The notes beneath the pieces were generated by a model, which worked only from the letters and a program-made list of their open reading frames with translations, made no database searches and was not told the DNA's origin. Positions 1-9,176 of a stretch of DNA of 64,000 bases are shown here, piece by piece. Made by a program: the position numbers and the translations under genes. The stretch is from a virus (lineage: Duplodnaviria > Caudoviricetes), in the IMG/VR virus record IMGVR_UViG_3300037067_022526, positions 73,763 through 137,762 of that record; one strand, 5' to 3'. Within the stretch, counting starts at the first letter, position 1; each line of letters opens with the position of its first letter.

Positions 1-62
1 GTCATAGAGACATCGACAGGGAATTACCGAGTGAGATTCAGTGAATTTGACCGATACTTTTT

Positions 63-293
63 ATGCGGAGACAAATAAACATGACCGAACAAGAGATGAA
101 AATTGCTTTAGAGTGGGTTAAAGAATCCGAAAATACTAATGAATATTGCGAGCGTAATCTTTTAATTGACGCCCTAAGACAATTAGAATTTGACCCGCCT
201 GATATAAATAAAGCACAGCAAAGACTTCGAGAATTAATTCCGTTAGGTGAACCTTATCATTTAGTTATTCCGCCTGATTTTGTGAAGGAATGA
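63..293 (+). CDS. hypothetical phage protein
   Basis: ORF in a co-directional run of small genes, overlapping the next start. Confidence 0.6.
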   Translation: MRRQINMTEQEMKIALEWVKESENTNEYCERNLLIDALRQLEFDPPDINKAQQRLRELIPLGEPYHLVIPPDFVKE

Positions 294-604
294 TTATGTC
301 TTATATTCACGAATTAAATTTCCGCAAAGTATTTGGTCTTTGCGAAGGATGGGTTATTTTACAAACAAAGAATGATTTTATGTCAATATCGGAATTATGT
401 AGAGAAGCTAATGTGCTAGATCCGCCTTTGCCTAAAGAATATCCTTGTTTGGCTCGGTTCTGGCGAGATGAGGTTGCAGAGGAACCCCATTTGAACGCAA
501 TTTATGTCGGTATTTATGATGCCAGTGAATTCCTTAAATCGGCTGGTTTTATTGTTGAAGTTGGCGAGGAACGCAGAAAACGAGTCGATACCGAAGGATG
601 GTAA
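290..604 (+). CDS. hypothetical phage protein
   Basis: ATGA overlap with previous ORF. Confidence 0.6.
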   Translation: MIMSYIHELNFRKVFGLCEGWVILQTKNDFMSISELCREANVLDPPLPKEYPCLARFWRDEVAEEPHLNAIYVGIYDASEFLKSAGFIVEVGEERRKRVDTEGW

Positions 605-624
605 AACAACAATAGGAGAAATAT

Positions 625-1677
625 GTGTTAATTGAAATTGATTCAAAACTAAGTGCCCCACATGATCATTTGCCCACTGTTAATGCCTTAGATGCAATTA
701 AAGCCAAAGTTACGGGGTATCATGTTGAATGCCATTCAGAGATGGGTAAACTTGTAGGCAAGAAATCTCGTGGTTCTACAAAATCCACTGTTCCATTCAA
801 TATGCACGGATTATTTGGTGCAATGTTGAGGGCATATTATGACCACCGTAAATTAATTATCTCTCCAGATATGATTTGGAATACTATTGTTCAGGGTTTA
901 TCTTTGCATGTGTTTATGAATCCAGAAGATATGCGTAGTAAATTTGTAAAACATCAAGATAAAATAACCCTTAAAGTGCGGCGAGATGATTTCGTCAAAG
1001 GTGGTGTTAATCCTTGGCCAGAAGTTTTTGAAACATTCAACTCGTTGATTGCAGAGCACATCGGAGATCGAGCGCAACAACTCGTGCCCAATTTTTCCAC
1101 AACTGGCCAATTAGAAAGAGCAATTCACCATGTTGCTTTAATGGACTCAGTTCAATCTTATTTTAAGTTTGAGGTCTATACACTCTGCGGTATACCATTT
1201 GTTGAACTTGAAGGCACGAGAGAAGACTGGAATAACTTGAATGAGCGAGCCAAATCTCTAAGCGACATAATTCCGGCGTGGTGGAAGGATCCGCTATTAG
1301 AAACATGTCAGACTTTTTATGATGCAGCATGCGGTAAAGTTGACATTAAACAGTGGAAATCTATATTTAAAGAAGAATCAATTGGAAGTGGCAGTCCAGA
1401 AATTACGGGATGGGCTTTAAATTTATGTCCATATTTATACGACAGATACGGTAAAACACATTATCCGAATCCCAATCTCGTCGGTGGTAGGTCATATATT
1501 ACTTCTGAGAATTTGCCAAGTGGTGTATCACAAGTGCCATTTGAGTGGTTTTATTATGAGCAAGTGTTTCACATGCAATTTGTTGGTGGATTTATGGGTA
1601 TAATTGAGAACGATGACTTTTCTGTTCGTCCACAATTTGGATGGGCCATTGTTGAATCGGAAGAAGGATTGCTTTAA
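625..1677 (+). CDS. DUF4419 domain protein
   Basis: AYYDHRKLIISPDMIWNTIVQG, FSTT and LCGIPFVELEGTREDW motifs; RBS aggag. Confidence 0.8.
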   Translation: MLIEIDSKLSAPHDHLPTVNALDAIKAKVTGYHVECHSEMGKLVGKKSRGSTKSTVPFNMHGLFGAMLRAYYDHRKLIISPDMIWNTIVQGLSLHVFMNPEDMRSKFVKHQDKITLKVRRDDFVKGGVNPWPEVFETFNSLIAEHIGDRAQQLVPNFSTTGQLERAIHHVALMDSVQSYFKFEVYTLCGIPFVELEGTREDWNNLNERAKSLSDIIPAWWKDPLLETCQTFYDAACGKVDIKQWKSIFKEESIGSGSPEITGWALNLCPYLYDRYGKTHYPNPNLVGGRSYITSENLPSGVSQVPFEWFYYEQVFHMQFVGGFMGIIENDDFSVRPQFGWAIVESEEGLL

Positions 1678-1679
1678 AT

Positions 1680-1865
1680 ATGATTGGGTTTGAGTGGAAT
1701 TATTGTGGAGTATGTGGATGTCGGTTAGCCCCTGACGATTTTGATGGTATTTGTTGGGATTGTGACCGCAAATGTCGTATTTGTGGTTGCGAGCTTTCGG
1801 ATGAAAATACTGGTACGATTTGCCCTGTCTGCGGAGAATTAGAATCTCGACTGGAGATCACATGA
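1680..1865 (+). CDS. small Cys-rich zinc-binding protein
   Basis: four CxxC pairs. Confidence 0.6.
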   Translation: MIGFEWNYCGVCGCRLAPDDFDGICWDCDRKCRICGCELSDENTGTICPVCGELESRLEIT

Positions 1866-2360
1866 ACGTAAAATGGCGTAATAGTGGTAAATTTGACAAA
1901 GAAGCAATAAATAGAGGCTCTCAGCCTATATTTCTTCCAACTATAATATTCAGCATCATAGCCTATTTGTATTTCGGTTGGATATCAGTGATACTTATAA
2001 TTCTCGCTGGTGTCATTGCTATATATTTTATAGGTAAACATACTAAATCAATGTATTGCTCAAAGCATGATTGCCCTATAGAGGAAAGACATTGGGATTT
2101 TTACGATGTAGAATATTATTGTCCGACATGTCATGAAAAAGAAGTGAAGGAATACAAACAACAAGTAAGAGAAGCACGTATATCTGAGTATGCAGAAGGT
2201 GCCCGCAGGGCGCTATTAGAGCAGGATCGAGATTATACCTAATTTAACCATCGAAGAATGTTTGAAATTATTAGAGAAAAATTAGAATCTCGACTGGAGA
2301 TCACATGAACGTGACATGGCGTAATAGTGGTAAATTTGACAAAGAAGCAATAAGCAGAGG
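1837..2360 (+). repeat. direct repeat from tandem gene duplication (1837-1917 vs 2280-2360)
   Basis: AATTAGAATCTCGACTGGAGATCACATGAACGT...TGGCGTAATAGTGGTAAATTTGACAAAGAAGCAATAA occurs twice, 443 bp apart. Confidence 0.9.
1862..2242 (+). CDS. membrane protein with C-terminal Cys motifs, paralog 1
   Basis: RBS ggag, hydrophobic segment, YCSKHDC and YYCPTC. Confidence 0.7.
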   Translation: MNVKWRNSGKFDKEAINRGSQPIFLPTIIFSIIAYLYFGWISVILIILAGVIAIYFIGKHTKSMYCSKHDCPIEERHWDFYDVEYYCPTCHEKEVKEYKQQVREARISEYAEGARRALLEQDRDYT

Positions 2361-2586
2361 ATGTAGATTTATGATGCTTCCAGTTGTAATGTCCAGTATT
2401 ATAACTTATATGTACTATGGTTGGATACCACCAGTAATAATAGTTTCTGTTGGTATAATATCTGTTTATTTTATGGGTAAACATACTAAATCAATGTATT
2501 GCCCAAAACATGATTGTCTCATAAAGGAAAGACGTTTTGATTTTTATGATGTAGAGTATTATTGCCCGAAATGCTCGAAGAGGTGA
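2305..2586 (+). CDS. membrane protein with C-terminal Cys motifs, paralog 2
   Basis: near-identical N- and C-terminal blocks to 1862..2242. Confidence 0.7.
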   Translation: MNVTWRNSGKFDKEAISRGCRFMMLPVVMSSIITYMYYGWIPPVIIVSVGIISVYFMGKHTKSMYCPKHDCLIKERRFDFYDVEYYCPKCSKR

Positions 2587-2653
2587 AAAATTATGTCTAA
2601 TTCTGAATTTTGTCGTAGAATGGGATTGTCGGGAGTAATTTAAAGGAGAAAAA

Positions 2654-3130
2654 ATGACATCTGAAGCAATTATAAATCGTAAGAAATATGCTCATCGCCT
2701 TGGATTTTGGTACATTAATGTATTAACAGCAGTTCAATCTATGGGATATTCAGAGGAAGAATCCAAGCAAATTTGCACTGAGGCTGGTATTGACTGGGAA
2801 AAAGATGTAGAACAAACAAAAAATGAATATATAGTACGATCGAACCAGTCCCGGCAAAAGCAACAAAAAAGGTATTCTAAATATCAGAGTGAATTAGAAA
2901 CTCAGTTGACTAAACAACAACTCGATATATTAGATCAACTTAGAACTTTTAAATCTATACTATGTAAAGAAAATGAAATAGCAGATTCTCTTGTGTCTTT
3001 AGGATTAGCCCGCAAACTAGATGATGGATATTATGATCGTGGTGAACAAGCATGGGAAAAATATAATGCAGAGTTAGCAGAGATGAAAAAACTAAGCCTA
3101 AAAGAATTAATAAAGAAAATGGATGAATAA
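2654..3130 (+). CDS. hypothetical protein
   Basis: strong RBS aaggag, 158 aa. Confidence 0.7.
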   Translation: MTSEAIINRKKYAHRLGFWYINVLTAVQSMGYSEEESKQICTEAGIDWEKDVEQTKNEYIVRSNQSRQKQQKRYSKYQSELETQLTKQQLDILDQLRTFKSILCKENEIADSLVSLGLARKLDDGYYDRGEQAWEKYNAELAEMKKLSLKELIKKMDE

Positions 3131-3275
3131 AATGGCAACCGAACCGTGTAATTTACCAATGATTAAGATGATGTGGCACTTGGGGTTTCTGCGGTTGTTG
3201 GTAGAAAAAGAGTTCGGCAGAAGTAGCAGTTTAACTATACGACAGTTGAGTGGCGGTGCCGCCTCGGAGTGAAAA

Positions 3276-3518
3276 ATGAACGCGTTGCTTGTCGGCAAGA
3301 GAGAAGAGGACGGTCAATTCCATGTTTACCACATGGCACTTTATCCCGAGACCCCAACTCAGGTTGACATAGACGATCTCCGTCGAGAATTATCTGAAAC
3401 CCCAGAATTTGGACTGATGGACAGAATAAGCGAAATGGAAATACGAGCCACAGTGCTGAGACCAGAGGCGGGACAGCCGCCACCGGAAAACAAGGAGAGT
3501 GAAAAATGTGGAACTTGA
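3276..3518 (+). CDS. hypothetical protein
   Basis: RBS ggag. Confidence 0.6.
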   Translation: MNALLVGKREEDGQFHVYHMALYPETPTQVDIDDLRRELSETPEFGLMDRISEMEIRATVLRPEAGQPPPENKESEKCGT

Positions 3519-3757
3519 CCAAGAATGCGAAGCCTGTCTCGGGTGAGGATTCTCTCGTAATTTATTTTCACCCGCAAATTGGTCATTATATTCACGATGG
3601 CTTCTGTCGATACTTTCCACCTTATGACAGTCGTGAAGGCAAATGGTTTTGTGGTGACGATGAAATGCCTGAGCCGATTGCGTGGATGCGTCCTGAGAAG
3701 CTGCTTGAGTTCTTTCTGGTAACTAGTGCAGGACAGCCGCCGCTGGAAAACACATAG
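3506..3757 (+). CDS. hypothetical protein
   Basis: RBS aaggag; ends with an IAWM motif. Confidence 0.6.
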   Translation: MWNLTKNAKPVSGEDSLVIYFHPQIGHYIHDGFCRYFPPYDSREGKWFCGDDEMPEPIAWMRPEKLLEFFLVTSAGQPPLENT

Positions 3758-3765
3758 GATATTGT

Positions 3766-4002
3766 ATGACTGAAATCATTGATTTTTGGCTCGCATCTCC
3801 ACGCCTGAATAAGACTAAATATCTTGAAAAACATTTTGGCGGTAAATGGAAATACGATGGCATGGCCTCGTGGTGGTGCGATGATGGCAAACGGCACGTA
3901 TCAAGAACGGCGTCATGCTATTGCGATGATAAGTGTAATCATCTGCCACATTATTATCTTTATGAGGACACAGAAGCAAGTATAATTACGTGGCAGGTGT
4001 AG
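3766..4002 (+). CDS. hypothetical protein
   Basis: co-directional ORF with RBS. Confidence 0.6.
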   Translation: MTEIIDFWLASPRLNKTKYLEKHFGGKWKYDGMASWWCDDGKRHVSRTASCYCDDKCNHLPHYYLYEDTEASIITWQV

Positions 4003-4005
4003 CGC

Positions 4006-4518
4006 ATGAGTGGTATGCTAATTGTTGATTTTTCTCGTCAGTCCGACATGGACGACCTGAAGATGCGTTTCAAAAAACTTGCCCCCGATGGTGGTAACTT
4101 AATCCCTCCTCACATTGAAGGCGAACCACCGGAATCTCGAAAGAGTGGTTTGCGTATAGAAATACCCGATAAAATCTGGGGTAAAAAAGTTGTTACTTTT
4201 GAATACGCCATTTGGGATCAGTGGTCGGCAGAATTTGCTTTCTTTTTTGGACTTGAGATTATCAAACGATATAAAATCAAGCGCATTGGGTGGGATTGTA
4301 TTGGATGGTGCAAGACAACCGATGATTATAAGAAAACACGCAACTTCGAATTGCGTAGATTCGCTACAAGATATATGTCTCCCGATAATCGCAAGATAGA
4401 GTTTTCTTTTTTGAACCGTGTTTGTCGCACATTTAAGAGGGCCGCCAAAAGATTTTTCGACGGGGATGGATCTGATTTGATTCTAAAGGAGCAAACTAAT
4501 GCAATGGTCAACACATGA
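4006..4518 (+). CDS. hypothetical protein
   Basis: 170 aa ORF in operon. Confidence 0.6.
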   Translation: MSGMLIVDFSRQSDMDDLKMRFKKLAPDGGNLIPPHIEGEPPESRKSGLRIEIPDKIWGKKVVTFEYAIWDQWSAEFAFFFGLEIIKRYKIKRIGWDCIGWCKTTDDYKKTRNFELRRFATRYMSPDNRKIEFSFLNRVCRTFKRAAKRFFDGDGSDLILKEQTNAMVNT

Positions 4519-4696
4519 CATTCAGACGGTTTTACTCATATTTCGAAGGATAGTCGAAGACTACAAAATAGAAAAAGAATGTCCATACTGTTATACTCAC
4601 AACAAAAATCTGATTGATGGACACGCTAGTGGTTGTCTTTTTAGAGACTGGCTTATAAATAACTCGATAGAATTGACAAACAATGCGAAGACCTGA
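4499..4696 (+). CDS. hypothetical protein with CPYC motif
   Basis: RBS aaggag; CPYC...H...C. Confidence 0.55.
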   Translation: MQWSTHDIQTVLLIFRRIVEDYKIEKECPYCYTHNKNLIDGHASGCLFRDWLINNSIELTNNAKT

Positions 4697-4994
4697 TAGA
4701 ATAGAACCATTTCTGGGCATCCTTGGTAATATCTGGAAAAACAATCCAGAATTAAGATTTGGACAATTAATCTCTCTTGCTTTTGGTTTGTTTTCCGGAC
4801 AAACATATGATGGTCGATTATGGCATGTAGAAGATGACGATTTTCTTGAGCGGCTGATGGAAAATATGTCTATATCTAGAGATAATCTTACTAAACCAGA
4901 AATAGAGCAACGATTAGCAGAATTAAAAGAACCAATTCGAGGAGAAATTATGGATTTGGCTATATTTGAAGGCGAAGACTGGAGATTAAAATGA
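4683..4994 (+). CDS. DUF1040/YihD-like phage protein
   Basis: MRxPxRI...WxxxPxLRFGQL motif. Confidence 0.6.
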   Translation: MRRPDRIEPFLGILGNIWKNNPELRFGQLISLAFGLFSGQTYDGRLWHVEDDDFLERLMENMSISRDNLTKPEIEQRLAELKEPIRGEIMDLAIFEGEDWRLK

Positions 4995-5281
4995 CAGATT
5001 ATTCAACTCATAAATGGACCGAAGCAGATCACGCTCGTTGGGACAGGGCATGTGGAGTGAGTGAAAAAGAAATTGCTCGACGCCAAGAGAAAAGGCGTAA
5101 ATTAAAAGAGAAGGCAGATGCCCTAGTTAATCCATACGAAAATGTTTGTGATCATTGTGGTAAAACTTTCATCTCGAAATTTTCCTATAAATATTGTGGT
5201 AATATTCGTGGTTGTCTTAATGATGAGTCGGGCGAAACCCGTAAAGAAATGGATGAACTTCTCAGCAATTGGAGTAAGTGA
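4991..5281 (+). CDS. hypothetical protein with zinc-finger-like motif
   Basis: CDHCGKTF...KYC. Confidence 0.6.
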   Translation: MTDYSTHKWTEADHARWDRACGVSEKEIARRQEKRRKLKEKADALVNPYENVCDHCGKTFISKFSYKYCGNIRGCLNDESGETRKEMDELLSNWSK

Positions 5282-5282
5282 A

Positions 5283-5525
5283 ATGGAAAAGATAGGTGTG
5301 ATGATTGTTAGTGAAAACGAGCATTTACTTTTGGATGCAGTGCAGTTTCTGAAAGAAGAGTTCCAGCAGCCAGAGTATCCAGAAGATGATAACTATGATA
5401 AAGGATGGAATGATGGACGGAAAACATTGGCAGCGGAAATCTTAGAGAAATTAGGTCTCTACGACATGGTGCCCAAGAATTGCGTAAGTGGCTGGAATCC
5501 GCCAGAAAGAAGAGACGAAGGATAA
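5283..5525 (+). CDS. hypothetical protein
   Basis: ATG at 5283 after RBS ggag; YDKGWNDG motif. Confidence 0.55.
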   Translation: MEKIGVMIVSENEHLLLDAVQFLKEEFQQPEYPEDDNYDKGWNDGRKTLAAEILEKLGLYDMVPKNCVSGWNPPERRDEG

Positions 5526-5552
5526 CCATCGCCTAAGGTCGTATATTAGTCC

Positions 5553-6404
5553 ATGAAACGTTTTAACTGGCTTCAAAAAATTGCAGCGAGTATTTGTAAA
5601 ACTGCCTCTATAACTTTCAGTATACAGGGTTCTGGACGTATATCTCAACCCAAAACACTTCAATCTATTTGCCATGATATTGATCAGCTTATTGGTGATA
5701 CCTATCCCCGGTCGTGGATTGTGGATGGTTTGTTGAACAATACTATAGTTCCAGATGCTCCTCAGTGGGATGATCTTATGGGTAATATTAATTGGTATGT
5801 CCCTGCTCAGGTTGATCCATCGGAAGTTGAGCCATATATTTCAATGGCTATTAAAGAACTTGCTCTTTTGGGTATCGATATTCAAGCCAGCCAAAAATCA
5901 CGATCAAGAATGATGCATCCACATGCCTACAAAATCGTACTTCAGGTCAGAAATAATGAAACTCAGAACATAGAAAAAATACCAAAATTAAATCTGGCAA
6001 ATGGTAATGCTGGTACAATTCTGGAATTGCTTGGGTTATCTAAACAGCAGACTCAAGACAGTCCTCTTGGTCCACTAAGCGGCCCCGAAGATCCCGAAGG
6101 ACAAGTAACTGCACAAGATTTACTTCGGCGTATTAAACAGGCTTACGGACGTATTCAGTCTGCCATTCGACCGCCTCAGGGAGGTTTTCTGAATCAAAAT
6201 CAGCCCGAAGAAAATCCTTACGCCATTGACTCTCCTTGGTCACAGCAGGAAGAACAAGAAAATGTGCCTGGTGCAAAATGGACAGATCAGGGTATGGACC
6301 AAGATAAAATCTGGGAAATATTAAATGCTCTGGAAGAAATGGCATTTACAGCTAGCCGATTGCAATTAGACAAAAATAAACCAGCGATCATTCAATGGGG
6401 ATAA
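5553..6404 (+). CDS. hypothetical protein with N-terminal WLxK motif (candidate virion-associated)
   Basis: MKRFNWLQKIA; preceded by AGGA-N18-GTATATT. Confidence 0.65.
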   Translation: MKRFNWLQKIAASICKTASITFSIQGSGRISQPKTLQSICHDIDQLIGDTYPRSWIVDGLLNNTIVPDAPQWDDLMGNINWYVPAQVDPSEVEPYISMAIKELALLGIDIQASQKSRSRMMHPHAYKIVLQVRNNETQNIEKIPKLNLANGNAGTILELLGLSKQQTQDSPLGPLSGPEDPEGQVTAQDLLRRIKQAYGRIQSAIRPPQGGFLNQNQPEENPYAIDSPWSQQEEQENVPGAKWTDQGMDQDKIWEILNALEEMAFTASRLQLDKNKPAIIQWG

Positions 6405-6411
6405 TTAATCC

Positions 6412-6440
6412 TTGACATATGCGTAATTTGGCGGTATAAT
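6412..6440 (+). promoter_or_regulatory. sigma70-type promoter
   Basis: TTGACA-N17-TATAAT, perfect consensus. Confidence 0.85.
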
Positions 6441-6444
6441 ACTA

Positions 6445-6581
6445 GTAGTGCGGCATGTCGTAAAGCCTGCACCAAAATCCATGCCAGGATGTTTGTTGCT
6501 CGCCACTGCACTAACCGTAATTCTGACGAGCCGTATTGCCTTAATTAAAGGCATCCAGGTAATTCGATCATGCCGCACTGC
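6445..6581 (+). ncRNA. putative structured RNA (rod with internal bubble)
   Basis: 6445-6457 pairs with 6569-6581 (13 bp); nested stems GGATGTTT/AGGCATCC and GCTCG/CGAGC. Confidence 0.45.
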
Positions 6582-6609
6582 CTTGGCCAAAAAATGGAGT
6601 AAAAACCAC

Positions 6610-6897
6610 ATGAGTAATCGAATCAATGTTGTTCTTGAAGATGACAATGCAACGTGTTTGAATCTTCTGAGAGAAACTAATCCCAAGTGGTCAACCGAGA
6701 CCATTGTACGGGAAGCCCTTGAGATGTATTGGACGTTGCAAAACCAATTCAACCAAGGATTTGTCACCGTTAAGGTGCATAGTCCCTACACAAATCAAGA
6801 ACATCAGATGCATATTGTCAACATGCAATGCGGCAGTCCATATCATGAACCGAGGAGTGGTTGCTGTGAAGATTTGCCCACAAAAGCGGGAGAGTGA
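6610..6897 (+). CDS. ribbon-helix-helix-like small protein
   Basis: RINVVL strand then helices ending TIVREALEMY; RBS ggag. Confidence 0.45.
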   Translation: MSNRINVVLEDDNATCLNLLRETNPKWSTETIVREALEMYWTLQNQFNQGFVTVKVHSPYTNQEHQMHIVNMQCGSPYHEPRSGCCEDLPTKAGE

Positions 6898-7148
6898 CAA
6901 TGTATTGTCCCCTTTGTGGATCTGAATTGGAAATTCATGATCTTCCGCCAAGACCAGAAATAGACTGGGAATTGGAAGGCGAAGAATTGGAAAAACAAAT
7001 TGAATTGAATGCCAATTATCCCGAAAGGAAAGAATGCACCTGTCCCAAGGGCTGTTTTGGTAAGGATTATCCATTGTATTTCCACCATCCGCTGGGTGGA
7101 ATTGATACTGCCCCCGGAGATAGTTGGTCATTGAGTTGGGTTAAGTAA
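6894..7148 (+). CDS. hypothetical zinc-ribbon protein
   Basis: YCPLCG ... CTCPKGC. Confidence 0.55.
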   Translation: MTMYCPLCGSELEIHDLPPRPEIDWELEGEELEKQIELNANYPERKECTCPKGCFGKDYPLYFHHPLGGIDTAPGDSWSLSWVK

Positions 7149-7161
7149 CTAACTGGGGTAA

Positions 7162-7869
7162 GTGAAAATGTATATTAAAGATGGATCAAATATTGATTAC
7201 GGCAGTAAGGAACCTATGAAAAATAGGTATTCATGGGGATGGCTAGGATCAAAAATCTCCTGGGAAAGTAGGGGATGGAAAGATATTGAACTCAAAAATA
7301 AAGTCATTAATCGGCTAAAAGAGATAGACGACGCATTCGAATGGGAAACCAGTTCATTTGATGGCAAACAATACAGAAAACCAACTTATCAAGTAATGCA
7401 CCATATGGGGTCTCATGAATGTGAAATATGTGGGGCTCGAACTCGCAAAGAAAAAACAAAAGCCGCTAAAAATTATCGAGAGTGGATGTCCATACAATCC
7501 CAGCAGGAGAATAAACCTGAGACTATTAAAAATTTCAATGGTAGCCATATCATATATTACAATGGGTTAGAATTTCGTTGTCCTGCTGGTGTTTATCACT
7601 ATATAGAAGAACATGATTATAATCCTGGTCCAAAAGTTATCGATGCTATTTTTAATGGTCGAGTAGCAACCTCTGATGAAATTGATGGTAAAATCAGAGA
7701 AGAAATGCACAAAATGGCAGAAGAAATTGGACGTAAAAACGCAGAGGAAGCAGCCGCCAGAGAAGCAGCCAAATCTCCGGAACAAAAACAATATGAGTCT
7801 TGGGTTAAAACCAAAATCGAACAATTGCGCAAATCAGGTGCTATCATTGGTAGTGTAGAGAAAGAATAG
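7162..7869 (+). CDS. hypothetical protein
   Basis: GSHECEIC and HYIEEHDYNP motifs. Confidence 0.65.
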   Translation: MKMYIKDGSNIDYGSKEPMKNRYSWGWLGSKISWESRGWKDIELKNKVINRLKEIDDAFEWETSSFDGKQYRKPTYQVMHHMGSHECEICGARTRKEKTKAAKNYREWMSIQSQQENKPETIKNFNGSHIIYYNGLEFRCPAGVYHYIEEHDYNPGPKVIDAIFNGRVATSDEIDGKIREEMHKMAEEIGRKNAEEAAAREAAKSPEQKQYESWVKTKIEQLRKSGAIIGSVEKE

Positions 7870-7879
7870 GAGAAATAAA

Positions 7880-8137
7880 ATGCAGAAGTGGTTGGAGACA
7901 AAACTGAAGTTCTTACCTCAAGATAAGATGTCCTCTCGGTATCACGATCATGGGACGCACAGTAGCTGTCAATCTGGTGGAGAACTGGTTTTTATTTGGG
8001 AGATGGAACGGGCAACAAAACTCGGAATTCAAGGTGATCCGTGGGTAGAGATTGGAGCCATTATTAAAGAAATTGCTTATGCTCGGAACGACGAAGGTTT
8101 GGTAGATATTGTTGGTTCTCGATATATATATATTTAA
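7880..8137 (+). CDS. hypothetical protein
   Basis: RBS aggag. Confidence 0.55.
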   Translation: MQKWLETKLKFLPQDKMSSRYHDHGTHSSCQSGGELVFIWEMERATKLGIQGDPWVEIGAIIKEIAYARNDEGLVDIVGSRYIYI

Positions 8138-8294
8138 GCCAAATCCTGAATATCCAGAGGGTATCAATGGCGGTCTAACTCCAAAAATGTTACGATCCAT
8201 CTCTAATAGAATTCGGAAGAGCGAAGTTCATCCACTGACCGAAAATGGTGTATAATATTGTACCAAATAGAAGAACAATTAAGGGAGAAAACCG

Positions 8295-8468
8295 ATGAAG
8301 TTTAGTATTAATACTGAGAAGATTAAAATTGAGATTGAAGTTCCGAACTGTTAGAATGTAGAAATGTTTCGGCACATCGACGATCTTATCAGGTACATTT
8401 TGTCAGAGCTTTAGGAGCAATCTGCCGCTTGTTGTGAAAAGTATGAAGAACAACTGGAGCCACAATAA
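8295..8468 (+). pseudogene. small ORF interrupted by two in-frame TAG codons
   Basis: RBS agggag, ATG 8295, TAG at 8352 and 8412, TAA 8466-8468 just before the next RBS. Confidence 0.5.
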
Positions 8469-8480
8469 AAGGAGCCCGAA

Positions 8481-8717
8481 ATGTATAAGATTCAAGAAAA
8501 ACCAGATCCAGATATAATCGTTGGGGATAATCCTGCACCGACCCATGATCCCATTGTCACCCTGAAAGATGAGTACGGCGGGGTAGCACATATCATAAAT
8601 GACGATCACTGCTACGTATTGGTTTTGGGAAGTGTAGATTCTTCTCATTTCAAGTCTGTGAAGCATTGGTTCCCCGAAGCTGTTGAGGCAATGAGGATGT
8701 TGCCTACACCAGAATAG
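8481..8717 (+). CDS. hypothetical protein
   Basis: RBS aggag. Confidence 0.6.
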   Translation: MYKIQEKPDPDIIVGDNPAPTHDPIVTLKDEYGGVAHIINDDHCYVLVLGSVDSSHFKSVKHWFPEAVEAMRMLPTPE

Positions 8718-8785
8718 AGTTTGCGGGCCGCCGACCGCAAAAACAGAGAAAGACGAAGCACAATATCCCAAGGAGAGTAAATATC

Positions 8786-8953
8786 ATGTCAATTCTACCT
8801 ACAACCCCAAAAGATATTAGAGAAGGACAATTGGTTTGTGTTGCACAGAATTTAAACCTAACATTTAGTGTCGAAATTGTCACTCCATCATACGCCCGAC
8901 TCTCGGATGGTAATTGGTATTCTAAAGACAATTTACACAAAGTTGTCGAGTAA
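8786..8953 (+). CDS. hypothetical 55-aa protein (not in ORF track)
   Basis: RBS aaggag; MSILPTTPKDIREGQLV...KVVE. Confidence 0.55.
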   Translation: MSILPTTPKDIREGQLVCVAQNLNLTFSVEIVTPSYARLSDGNWYSKDNLHKVVE

Positions 8954-9176
8954 GGAAGAAATTGTGTACTTTGATTTAAAAACAGATTATTATGGTTGGC
9001 CCATTGAACATATTATTGGTCATCCTGTTTCCAATTGGACACGACACATTATTCAACTGCTTCGGAAATGGCTCCATTTACACAAAGTTGAAAATAAGAA
9101 GATATAGTTGTCAAAAAAGGTATGAACAATAATTGTTCCGAATTATAACTTCGGTAATCTTTAACAGGAGAAATGT

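Noticed and set aside
1837-2586. Diversity-generating retroelement TR/VR pair
   Set aside because: Differences are not adenine-specific and no reverse transcriptase is present
6520-6560. Hammerhead ribozyme (CTGACGA)
   Set aside because: No correctly placed GAAA or stem arrangement
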